This document shows positions 23,781-35,391 of a stretch of 64,000 nt of DNA, piece after piece; position 1 is the stretch's first letter; each line of letters starts with the position of its first letter. The DNA comes from Octopus sinensis. Its lineage: Eukaryota. The stretch spans positions 23,374,001-23,438,000 of the forward strand of contig NC_043016.1 of the NCBI RefSeq assembly GCF_006345805.1, written 5' to 3'. The notes under the pieces are model-generated. The model was given only the letters and a program-made list of their open reading frames with translations, was not told the DNA's origin and ran no database searches. A program made the translations under genes and the position numbers.

Positions 23781-26385
23781 AATTTATTATCAGAGTTGGC
23801 CATATATATATGTATATGTGTGTATACACACACACACAATATATATATGAAGAGACACATGGTTTAGTGGTTAAGGCTGTTATGCTCACGAATGTAAGAT
23901 CGAGGTTTCAATTCCCAAACCAAGTTGTTTTATTCTTGAGCAAAACACTTCATTTCCCATCGATAAAAATAGATACCAGTTATGCACTGGGGTTGATGTA
24001 ATCAACTTAATCCCTTTGTCTGTCCTTGTTTGTCCCCTCTGTGTTTAGCCCCTGTGGGCAATAAAAAAAAAACACACACAGAGTAATACCTCACTTTAAG
24101 AGGACCTGCTTTGCGAGATCCTAGGTTATAGAGATTTTACAGGTTTTATTTTCTGTTTTTGCTTTACGAGCATTCTCCAGAAACAAATTAACTCGTATAT
24201 CCAGGCATTACTGTGCATGTCTGCGTGTGTGTATATATATAGAGGGAGGAAGAGCGAGAGAGAGGGACATAGAAATGGTTGTATGATTAAGGAGTTTGCT
24301 TCACAATCACATGGTTATGGGTTCAGCCTCACTGCACAGAACCTTGAGCAAGTATCTTCTACTATAGCCTGAGGCCAACCAATACATTGTGAGTGAATGT
24401 GGTAAACAGAAACAGTGCAGAAGCCCATGAAACACATGCTTTTATGTGCATATCTGTGGTTGTCCCTCACCACTTGACAACAAAAAGAGACTGATAGAAT
24501 AAGTATAATACTTAAGCGCTGGTGTCAATTTGATCAACTAAAAGACCCTTTAAAGCAGTAGCCACATCATGGCCTCAGTCCAATGACTGAAACAAGGAAA
24601 AGAACAAACAATTATATATATACACATATATATAGTGTGTGTGTTCTTTATTTGTGTATTAAGGCTACCATTGGTTTCATGTTAAGAAAAACATCTTAAT
24701 GCCTGAACAATTTTTCAAGCTGATCAGATGGAGGAATGGTGTTTGTCTCCATTTTGGATGAAAAAGGCTCCAAAAATTGTTAGGATTTTAAGATATATTT
24801 CTTGATATGAAACCAACAGTAGCTTTAATACACAAATAAAGAAACTTTATCCACCAATGCAACGTTGAACACTCCTTTTCATTGTTCAACATTTACAAAT
24901 GTTTATGTATATATGTACATGTGTGTGTGTGTGTATGTATATATATACTGGCCTGCTCGCTTAGCCAGCTGAGTGGCGTCATTTGAAGGCTAAAACAATG
25001 TGAAGCGCATTGTGACCAGCGATGTGTAACGACATCTAATAGCCTGGTCGATGATGATGATGATATATATATATATAATATATATATATTATATATATAT
25101 ATTATATAATTTATTATCAGAGTTGGCCATATATATATTATATGTGTGTATACACACACACACAATATATATATGAAGAGACACATGGTTTAGTGGTTAA
25201 GGCTGTTATGCTCACGAATGTAAGATCGAGGTTTCAATTCCCAAACCAAGTTGTTTTATTCTTGAGCAAAACACTTCATTTCCCATCGATAAAAATAGAT
25301 ACCAGTTATGCACTGGGGTTGATGTAATCAACTTAATCCCTTTGTCTGTCCTTGTTTGTCCCCTCTGTGTTTAGCCCCTGTGGGCAATAAAAAAAAAACA
25401 CACACAGAGTAATACCTCACTTAAGAGGACCTGCTTTGCGAGATCCTAGGTTATAGAGATTTTACAGGTTTTATTTTCTGTTTTTGCTTTACGAGCATTC
25501 TCCAGAAACAAATTAACTCGTATATCCAGGCATTACTGTGCATGTCTGCGTGTGTGTATATATATAGAGGGAGGAAGAGCGAGAGAGAGGGACATAGAAA
25601 TGGTTGTATGATTAAGGAGTTTGCTTCACAATCACATGGTTATGGGTTCAGCCTCACTGCACAGAACCTTGAGCAAGTATCTTCTACTATAGCCTGAGGC
25701 CAACCAATACATTGTGAGTGAATGTGGTAAACAGAAACAGTGCAGAAGCCCATGAACACATGCTTTTATGTGCATATCTGTGGTTGTCCCTCACCACTTG
25801 ACAACAAAAAGAGACTGATAGAATAAGTATAATACTTAAGCGCTGGTGTCAATTTGATCAACTAAAAGACCCTTTAAAGCAGTAGCCACATCATGGCCTC
25901 AGTCCAATGACTGAAACAAGGAAAAGAACAAACAATATATATATATACACATATATATAGTGTGTGTGTTCTTTATTTGTGTATTAAGGCTACCATTGGT
26001 TTCATGTTAAGAAAAACATCTTAATGCCTGAACAATTTTTCAAGCTGATCAGATGGAGGAATGGTGTTTGTCTCCATTTTGGATGAAAAAGGCTCCAAAA
26101 ATTGTTAGGATTTTAAGATATATTTCTTGATATGAAACCAACAGTAGCTTTAATACACAAATAAAGAAACTTTATCCACCAATGCAACGTTGAACACTCC
26201 TTTTCATTGTTCAACATTTACAAATGTTTATGTATATATGTACATGTGTGTGTGTGTGTATGTATATATATACTGGCCTGCTCGCTTAGCCAGCTGAGTG
26301 GCGTCATTTGAAGGCTAAAACAATGTGAAGCGCATTGTGACCAGCGATGTGTAACGACATCTAATAGCCTGGTCGATGATGATGA

Positions 26386-26420
<35 letters not shown>
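23774..26420. repeat. Tandem duplication, 2 x ~1327 bp
   Basis: aatttattatcagagttggcc starts at 23781 and 25108; the copies appear to differ only by 1-nt indels and microsatellite length; each contains a family B SINE, a family A SINE and a short LINE tail. Confidence 0.95.
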
Positions 26421-26424
<4 letters not shown>

Positions 26425-27621
26425 CATCCCATAAATAATGTGGAATTTTTATGCTACATTTATTTTTCAAAATTAAGATAGAGTTCTTTTTTAATCTGAA
26501 ATATCTTCTCCATTTTCTACAATGCTCTTCCATCTATCTGGTAGAATTACAAGGCCCCTCTTCCAAAATTCACTTGTCCATGATGAAGAATATTCCTCCA
26601 GTGCTGTTTTGATCTCGCCTACAGAATTCATATTTGTTCTGTCCAAATAAATGATAATCAGATGGGGCATTGTTTCCCTTTCAAAATGCTCCAGCCTTTG
26701 GAATGTCATCTATGCTGTATGTGGTCAAGCATTATCCTTTTGTCTTGAAACCAAAGATGGTCGTTTTTCTTCTAGCGCTGACTTTAGTCACTCAAGCTGC
26801 TCACAATAGACCTCTTGTTATTGTTTGGTTTAGGTTTAAAAGTTCAAAGCTGACTAAACCTTTCATATCCCACCAAACAGATAACAACACCTTTTGTAGG
26901 TGCAGACCTTCTTTAGACTGGGGTGCCAGTGTTTCTCCTTTCCCTACCTACTGTCTTCAGCGCTTGACATTTTTATAGAGAACCCATTTCTTGTCACTAG
27001 TCACTATTTGGTCCAAAAAAAGGTTTATTTGTGAGATGTGACAACAAAGAAAAGCACACATTCACTTTCTGCACCTAATTTGACTCGGAAAGTTTGTAAG
27101 GAACCCACTGACTCAATTTGCTGACTTTTCCAATGGTATGCAGGTGTTGATGAATGGTTGAATGACCAAATCCAAACTTCTCTTCTAGTTCCTCAACAAT
27201 TATAATGGGATTTTGTTCTACCAGGGTTTGCAGGATGTCCTCATTGAGTTCTACAGATCTTCCAGGATGAGGCTTGTCTTCCGGCTCGGAATGTGTGGAA
27301 CCACCGTTGGCACTGGTTTACACTACTGTCCAATGCCCATATACTGCACTGATATTCCTTGCATTTTCCGTTGCGTTGTTGGTCTTTATTGAACTCATAA
27401 AGTAAAGTATGCTGAATATGCTCCTTTATCACTTCCATTATAGCTTTGAGAAAAATAACAGTTAAAATTGAACTGCACTCTTCAAAACTTGCATTAAGAA
27501 TAAGTACAAGGTAAAATTACTACTTGCTTTTATTGTAAGCTGATGCAGGTAGGTTATCTTGTCTCCCTCTGACTTTTAGTTCATGCAATTGAAAAACACC
27601 ACGTTATTAATGGAACGACCC
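26421..27621 (-). mobile_element. Full-length mariner transposon with dead transposase
   Basis: TA|GGGTCATCCCATAAATAATG...CGTTATTAATGGAACGACCC|TA imperfect TIRs; MEVIKEHIQHTLLYEFNK..QCQRWF..FRAG N-terminus and EFWKRGL..LPDRW..IVE.GE C-terminus. Confidence 0.92.
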
Positions 27622-27622
27622 T

Positions 27623-27653
<31 letters not shown>

Positions 27654-27699
27654 CACATACATATACACACACAAACATATATATATATACTATAGCTGC

Positions 27700-27869
27700 T
27701 GACATGGTGATGGTTAAGAAGTTCACTTTACAAATTACATGGTATGAGGCTTGTTCCTGTTACACACCACTTTGGAAAGGAGGTGGCAAGTGTCTTCCAG
27801 TATAGCCTCGGGCTGACCAAAGCCTTGTTAGTGGATTTGGTAGAAGGAAACTGTAAGAAGCCAATTGTA

Positions 27870-27880
<11 letters not shown>
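27700..27880 (+). mobile_element. Family A SINE head
   Basis: ggcaagtgtcttcc..tatagcctcgggctgaccaaagccttg..gtggatttggtagaaggaaactg. Confidence 0.75.
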
Positions 27881-27912
<32 letters not shown>

Positions 27913-28699
27913 TATATATATACACGAGACCAAAGTGTACATACACTGCTATATTTTTAATATATACAAAAAAAATGGGACAAGAACGCAAAACATCCAG
28001 ACAGTTAGGTGATACAAAAAGGACAACAAAACATGGCTGCAGTCAAATGACTGAAAAGAGAAAAAGTGCATATGAAAGATTATTCATCTCCAAATAAATG
28101 TTGAGTACTTTAGCACTATTATATAGTTTATTCATTCTACCTGGGATATGTACTAATGTGCATAGCACACGCACTATGTAACTAATATGACAATGCATAA
28201 AAGAAACAGTTGTTACTTTTGCTTCCTCTTTCTTTTCTCTCTCTCTCTCTCTCTCTCTTTTACTTTTCCCTCTTTCTCCCTCTATTTAACAAACATGAGT
28301 AGACAGATGCTCTTGAGACAAGATGGCAATAACCAGCAGAAACTAGTTACATTGTTCTCTCTATCATTCTGTAGAAAGAACAATGTGAGAGAACCCTGTG
28401 GATTTTTCACAGGCTCAATACACTTACAAGGTCGAATACTCAGTTATTACACATATGTACACAAACTTATTCACAACACATACACACACAGTGTTCATTT
28501 GTGTGTTTATTTCATGTCTATTTTTCCATGTGAGTATAAGTTTAAATGTGGAGTTATTTGAAGTGAGATTTTACAGGCCAGATGAGGATCCTGCTGTCAC
28601 CAACCCTTGTTTGTTTCTCAAGTGAAGAACCTTTTATTCCAGAGGTTTTTTGAAAATGCTGAGTGACCAGTCATACAGTCATAATGTCATTATCACTTT

Positions 28700-29045
28700 A
28701 CAACATTCACACTTATTTTGAGTGCCCACTTTACTGGTGTAGACAGACAATGGAACATGTTCTGAGCTCCTGCAAAGTAGCTCTAACCCAAGTAAGACAT
28801 GTGGTGACACAATCAAGAGCTTTAATGGCAAGAGTAAAACCAGAATCTCCAACAACATACTACATGGCAGAGGCACAGCTATGTCATATGAGGCACAGGA
28901 ACAGAGGCACAGCTATGTCATATGAGGCACAGGAACAGAGGCTTCAGGGAGGTGTGGATGACTGGGAGTCTTCAGTAGACCTTCCAGGATGAGTAAAACA
29001 ACCAGAAACAATCAGGAAGAGTGGCTTGAGGCCAGGTATCATACT
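28700..29045 (+). mobile_element. C-terminal fragment of an RLE-type non-LTR retrotransposon (HERO/NeSL-like)
   Basis: CPL..C.QTMEHVLSSCKVALTQ resembles the CCHC knuckle; DWE.SVDLPG..SGLRPGI resembles the RPD endonuclease motif; internal 34-bp duplication at 28868-28935. Confidence 0.65.
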
Positions 29046-29071
29046 CAATTCCAGAACTCTACGCTATATGT

Positions 29072-29620
29072 GTGTGTGTGTGTAGCGGCACAAGCAGTCA
29101 GCATCATATTGGATGAGATCTCGCTGCAGCCACTGCCATCTCTGAGACTGGAGCGAGACCTCACCCGCATCCATTTGCCATGCGCAAGATCACAACGAGG
29201 CTTACGATGGCAAACTGTATATAAGGGCAAAACAGATTGAGATTCTTTCTCTCTTTTGCTGACTCTCTTTCCACCTCTCAGCAGCAGTGCTGGCTGAGCA
29301 CACTCCATTGGCTGGGCCTGTCTGTATGTTGTACCTCCAGAGGCAATATGCCTGCACTAACGGAGCTACTACGCAACACACAGAGCTAAAGATGGTTGCT
29401 GAGAGCAGCACACTTCACCTAGCCTGTGAAACTTGTAAATAAACCAGTTGTACATTGCATTTGTACTTGAAGTCTTCTCTCTTCACCTGCTGGAGCCTGA
29501 ACTACACAAAGAACAAAAAGAGATAATGGAAGAAGGCGATATTCTCCCGATATCATAAATATCGTAAACCTTGCCATCCATTATAAAATGGTGACCACGA
29601 CGGGATTCGAACATGCAGCC
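29072..29620 (+). mobile_element. LTR-like segment followed by a tRNA-Trp primer-binding site
   Basis: Starts TGTAGCGG; TATATAAG at ~29216; AATAAA at ~29438; then TGGTGACCACGACGGGATTCGAAC at ~29589, near-complementary to the CCA-containing 3' end of eukaryotic tRNA-Trp. No gag/pol or partner LTR recognised. Confidence 0.55.
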
Positions 29621-29856
29621 CGATGTTCACACGGACGTCTACAAATTGGTGACCCAGTGCCACCTTCATGACTAACTGTTCTTTCAAATTTCACCTCTTC
29701 GCTACAGATAGGTCTACCTTTTTTATCGTCTATTTTGTCTTCCACACTTAGTGAAATTCCTCTCTCTCTCTCTGTTATATATACATAAATATGGATATAG
29801 TGGATAACAGCTAGCCTTTGGCCACCCTTTTGGACCCTGTTGTGTTCACTACTCTG

Positions 29857-29992
29857 ATTGGTTAGCATTGGCGCAGTTCGTCTCTTGCTCTATTGCATGC
29901 CAATATCCAACCCAACCAATCGCAGCCTTCTAATAAGGTCACGTGAGACAGTCTCTTCCAAACTTCTGGTGAGCCGATAGCATAGTATAAAA
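29857..29992. promoter_or_regulatory. Cluster of four CCAAT boxes, a GTCACGTGA E-box and a TATAAAA
   Basis: ATTGG at 29857 and 29867, CCAAT at 29900 and 29916, GTCACGTGA at 29938-29946, TATAAAA at 29986-29992. Confidence 0.4.
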
Positions 29993-30830
29993 CACTAGCT
30001 TTACACTGTCTTTTGTCTTTCGGTTCCAGACCATTAAGGTCTAGCCATTGACCACACAGGACACAGCCAGTTCCAGCAGCTACATGGAGATGCAACACTC
30101 ATCTAACAGCATATGGCAGTCACTTTCTTCGTCGCCTCCTTCATCTTAACATAGTCAACAACATCTCTTTACATACACAGCAACCGTCACACAGGTTCTA
30201 TCTCAACACTGTCTGTGAATTACTTCACCATGGTTAACAGTAAATACAACCTGCGAGGAACTTCCTATATCAAGTGACCAGCAGCAGCATTGTAGCCATC
30301 ACTTCTTATACATGTGCCTCAACCAACTCTGCACTGCAACCACAACTTCTTGTTACTGCACTTCAACTATCATGTACCTTGACTACGAACTGGTATTTAT
30401 CATCCTTGTGTCTGAACATTCTTCTAACATTATATTATAGACTCTTTCAATGCTCTGTACATAATGCACACACATACACTTTCTATACATGACGGCCTGT
30501 CTATTATTATGCATATATGACGCATACACACACGTTAACATATAAATAAAATCTTCTCTTAAACATTCTACCCAGTTGAGTCTCTCTTTTCCTTCTGGCA
30601 CTTATACGCATTTATCCTCTTCATATAGTCATATTTAAGAGAGAAGTAACAACAAACATTTACTAATGAAAGTACTCTATAGCTGATGCTAGCAGAATCT
30701 ATGACTTTAATTTTCACTTCATTACTGGTTGTAATGGATAAGGAAGCAAAATTATAAGGAAAGAGTGAAGTGAAATAGCTTAGCTGGAAACTGGACCAAT
30801 ACCAGAAGCAGTACTTACTAAGATGTTCAC

Positions 30831-30865
<35 letters not shown>

Positions 30866-32329
30866 TGCCTGTAGTAGAGTTAAATGAAGAAAAACTTCAG
30901 AACTGCTTGTCATATCACATTGATGCACAGAGTCATGTAATCAATCTGAGAGAATGTGGTTTCCAAATCAAAGTCCTCACCACAGAGCTGGGTGCAAGAG
31001 GGTTTGTGAGCAGATCTGCATGTGATTCATATAAATAACTGAATATAAGGGAAACAATTAATGAAATAAATAAATGAACAAATGACAAGAGGGAAAGATT
31101 GGACAATAATCGAAAAAAAAAAAAATCAAACAATAATAGAAAAAGAAATCCATGAACAAAATTGGTTGTGATATTTGTTTTGCAATGAATTACAGATACT
31201 CCCTTGTTACGGTTGCCATCAAAATTACAGTGAATCAGTGCCTGACTAGTCACAAATCTGTAACCAACAAAACTTATTGTTCACAAATAGCAATAAAAAT
31301 AAATTAGAAAATGAATCATTTCAGCTTGGAAACAAAAGTTGGAACATGGTATTGATGATGGTGGTGGTGGTAGTGAGATTGACTTTGATGATGATGCTTT
31401 GAGCATCATCATCATCATCTTTAACTCCTTTGATGTTATTTCATCAGAGACATACCACAGGTTAACTTATTCTGCAAGTGTTACAAGTCAACATATATTA
31501 AATCCAGCAGGAGAGCTGCTGCTAACATTATGACAGAACAAGGTGAAACAGCTGGTCAGGCAATGATAGTCTGCTTTTTATTGTGCATCGTCATGCAATA
31601 AGTGAGCACTATTGAATAATTGATGAGAAAATGTCACACGCAAACTGCGCTGTAAACATGAAACTGCAGAATTAAAGAGAATTTCACAAGACCTTGGAAA
31701 GTATTGCAATTAGACATGTTATTCCTACTTCATGGAACCCTTCTGTTATGGTTCTGTATAATGAGAACTTACTGAAAAATTAGTACCCTCTCTCTCTTTC
31801 ACAATATTCCTCTCTCTCTCTCTCTTTCATAATATTCCTTTCTCTTTCTCTCTCAGGACTGTATCAGATTTCTTGAGCTCAAATAAGCAATACCCTGGCC
31901 TTGTCTAAAATCTTCCAAACAATACTTTTCTGCTCTTAGCACTTGCAAGAAAAAAGTATGTTGTACAATAGATATACAGCTTCATACAATAGCAGTTTTC
32001 TAAACATTAAGTACAACCTTCTAAAAGAAGTACAAAATTTTGAAGGTAAAAGTCATACTAGAATATAATTCTATTGATTTAATTTTATTAGCTTATCTTT
32101 TCAAACCAATTATGAATTTTAAAATTCCTTATTAATATTTCTTATCTACACTTGTATTAACTCATTTAATGTAATTAACAATTTTACTTAAAACACTGGA
32201 GTCCAAAGAAATTTTTTAAAAATTAAAAGTCATAACAAAGCTGCTTATTTCAAAGTACTGCCTTTTAACACTTTGCTAGAGTTTTCTTGAATAATTCCAT
32301 ATTTAATTAAATGATATATTTACCAAGTG

Positions 32330-32900
32330 CAAGCATGGCTGTGTGGTCAAGGAGTTTGATTATCAACCAAGTGCCTTTGGGTTCAATCCCACTGCATGGC
32401 ACCATCAGCAAGTGTCTCCTACTACGTAGCCCTGGGATAGCCAAAGCCTTATGATAGAAGCGTGTGAGTGTGTGTGCACGTGTAACTTTCTCTAGATGTC
32501 ACATGATGACTGTAAATAAACATCATTGTCATACAAGCAAGGCCATTTGTTTCCAGTACACTGTGAAAAACATGTCTAGCTATGGGAAAATACTAACTTA
32601 CAGGTGAAGACTGACAACAGAAATGGCATCTAGCCTTGCTGTAGAAAATCTGCCTCAACAAATTACATCTGACTCATGCAAGTATGGAAAAGTGGACGCT
32701 AAATGACAATGATTTATGTATATTTATATATAAACATACACACACACATCAGTGTGTGTGTTTTGTGAATCCTTATCTTAATGTCACATGACAGCTGTAA
32801 ATGAGTGCCACAGTCATTCAATTTCATTATCTATGAAAACATGTCTGGCCAAAGGGAAATATTACCTTACTTGGAAACAAGTGAGAGTTGGTGATAGGAA
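32330..32900 (+). mobile_element. Older tRNA-derived SINE copies (family A-like head)
   Basis: ggctgtgtggtcaagg..GGGTTCAATCCCACTGCATGGCACC..GCAAGTGTC head followed by degraded body repeats. Confidence 0.55.
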
Positions 32901-33899
32901 GTGCATTTTGTAAAAAATCTACTTCAATAAACTCTGTCTGACCCATGCAAGCAGAGAAAGTGGACATTAAAAATGTTGATGATGAATAAATTTAGCAGAG
33001 AAAAATTTTTTTCTGGAAATGCTGCATTTTCAGAGTGAAGAAGGTTCTTCCACTGTGGCCTTTCAGCATGAAAAGATTCATCTCCTCTGTTGTATGAGAT
33101 TTGTCGCAGAGCATCTTTATTATCAGAACTGTGTGTAAGATGAACTTTTGATATAAAAGTCTTTTCACATCTACAACTCAAGAACATCTCTAGCCATTTC
33201 TATCCAAAATTCTTTATGAAGAACACAAATTCAAGAAATGATAAAGCTAAATGCTTCTTAATATTTAGGGATTTGGACTCAAGAAATCCATTGGAAATTA
33301 GTAAAATATATAAATTAATTATGCCATATTCTCTCCTACACTTTGTGGTTTTTGTTCCAGCTCTTTAGATTTTGAGTTCAAATCTTGAAGAGGTCAATAT
33401 TCTTTTCATCCCTCTCAGGTCAATAAAATATATCCATTGTCAATGCAACTGCCTATTCTCTTCCCTTAATTCTCTGGCCTTGTACCACTTATTATTATTT
33501 GTTGAAACTCAATAATAAACAGAAAAGTAGTAGATAGAAACTCCATATAGTGTGCTTAGTGTGAATAATGGACAAACAAGAGCATCAGATGAGCAGCAGG
33601 CTAAAAGCAGAAGTAGCTTTCATTTATATATATATCTAGCACAGGAACATTAAGTGTGAGAGTATTCGGAGTAACCTATTCTCTCAACTATCCTGATGTC
33701 TCCCTTGATGTAATCAATAATTTTCATGACTTAACTGACTAAATTAGCAGCAGCAGGGTTAGGTTCACCAAAAGCATAGTTGCCAGGTAGGGCAGTTCAA
33801 GAAGTTACTTTCTCTTGATGGCAGTAAAGAGCCCCACCCACCTTCAGAGTGAAAAGCAGAATGTACGATGCTTTTGTACTAAACAGATTCTTGAAGACT

Positions 33900-34330
33900 A
33901 GAAAGAAATGAAGCAAGCAAGCTTTAGTGGATGTGTAATGTTTGTGTGTATGAATGACAGAGCTCAAATGACCTGAGAGAAAAGCTGTGTATAAGAGGAA
34001 TAAGATGTAGTATACAAGAAAGAAGACTGTATTGGTATGACCATGTAATGCACATGGCTGATAACAACCACAAAGAAGGTGCCAAGTTCTCAAAGTGGAA
34101 GATGTCTGTGGAAGGGAAAGACAAAGAAAAAAATATGGGACATCATCATCATTTAACAACCATTTCCAATGCTGGTGTGGGTTAGATGGTTTAAATGGAG
34201 ATAGTAAGCTGGAGAGTTGCACCAGGCTCCAGTCTTTTTTGGCATGGTTTCTAAAGCTTGATGCCCTTCCTAATGCCAACTACTCTCAAGTGTACTGGGT
34301 GCCTTTCACATGTCACCAGTACAATGTGAC
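33900..34330. mobile_element. Degraded RTE C-terminus (+) abutting an RTE 3'UTR piece (-)
   Basis: W..HV...GRQRKK-like remnant, then catcatcatcatttaac..gatgcccttcctaatgccaac, matching the reverse complement of 4330-4490. Confidence 0.6.
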
Positions 34331-34804
34331 GAAAACTAATCACAAGATAACGAACCTCACAAAAGAGATGACACAACTATATTTGGCAACATGTGGTGCA
34401 GGAAAATCCTGTGTTCTATCACAAGCATGGAATAGAGAACAGCAGTTGATGTTAAGAAAGGCACCTTGACATAGGAACTATACTTAAACTGAGTTGATTA
34501 AGTGGGATGTGGCCTTCTGACCTGTCAGTTCCTGATGATTTATTAAGGTGTTGAATAGGCAAAAATCATCAAAAATTCAGATAAAATGCTCTGCAATATT
34601 TATTTCAATTCTTTACACACAGAGTTCAAATTCCACTGACGTCAACTTTTCCTTTCTTCCTTGCAGGGACTGATAAAAATCAAATACACCTATCAGTAAA
34701 ATACTGGATTTAGATAAGGGATTTAACTAATCCCCCACCCCCAACCAAATTTCGAGCCTTGTGTCTATGTTAGAAATTATTATAATTATTATAATTATTA
34801 TTAT

Positions 34805-35015
34805 CAATAAGGCAGTGAGCAGGCAAAATCATTAGTATGCCAGGAAAAATGCTTAGCAGCATTTCGTCTGTCTTCACATTCTGAGTTTAAATTCACCTAG
34901 ATCAACTTTACCTTCCATCCTCTCAGGGTAAAATAAGTAGCAGTTAAACACCGAGGCTGATGTAATCAACTTACCCCTCCCCAGACTTGCTGGCCTTGTG
35001 TCAAAATTTGAAATT
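34805..35015 (+). mobile_element. Family B SINE with (ATT)n tail
   Basis: ggcagtgagc.ggcaaaatc.ttag head, GAGTTTAAATTC B-box-like site, ccttccatcctctcagggt motif. Confidence 0.8.
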
Positions 35016-35025
35016 ATTATTATTA

Positions 35026-35391
35026 TTACCTCTGCCTTAGTGAAGGCGGAGGTATTATTTCCAGTTGAATTTGTTTGTTTGTCCATAGACAAGATATCTC
35101 AAGAACCACTGGATGGATATGGATGAAACTTTCAGGGATGTTTGACCTCATGACTGGCACAAACTGATTAGATTTTGGGATCAATCTGGTACCGGACAAG
35201 GGTTCTGGATTATTTTTCCTGTGTTTTAACTTAATTTTTGAGAGTGGTTGGCTTCATTTTTAGTATTCTCATTTGTGAGAGCAGTGGAGTTTATTTTAGA
35301 TATTCTCATTTTAAAAATCATCTCTGGCTAATCATTGAGAGGAAGTTGATGTTGCCTAGGCAGAGGTTTGCACTCTCTGAGTGCTCTTGTT
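35026..35391 (+). mobile_element. Helentron-associated non-autonomous element (HINE/DINE-1-like)
   Basis: 5' ACCTCTGCC-ttagtgaa-GGCGGAGGT subTIR plus inverted copy, (GTTT)n, 3' subTIR GGCAGAGGT (35359-35367), GCACTC-tct-GAGTGC hairpin (35370-35384); T-rich flanks. Confidence 0.75.

Noticed and set aside
32924-33250. FW..MA..L / CEKTF words faintly like a hAT dimerisation domain
   Set aside because: Motifs fall in different frames and are too weak to support a call.
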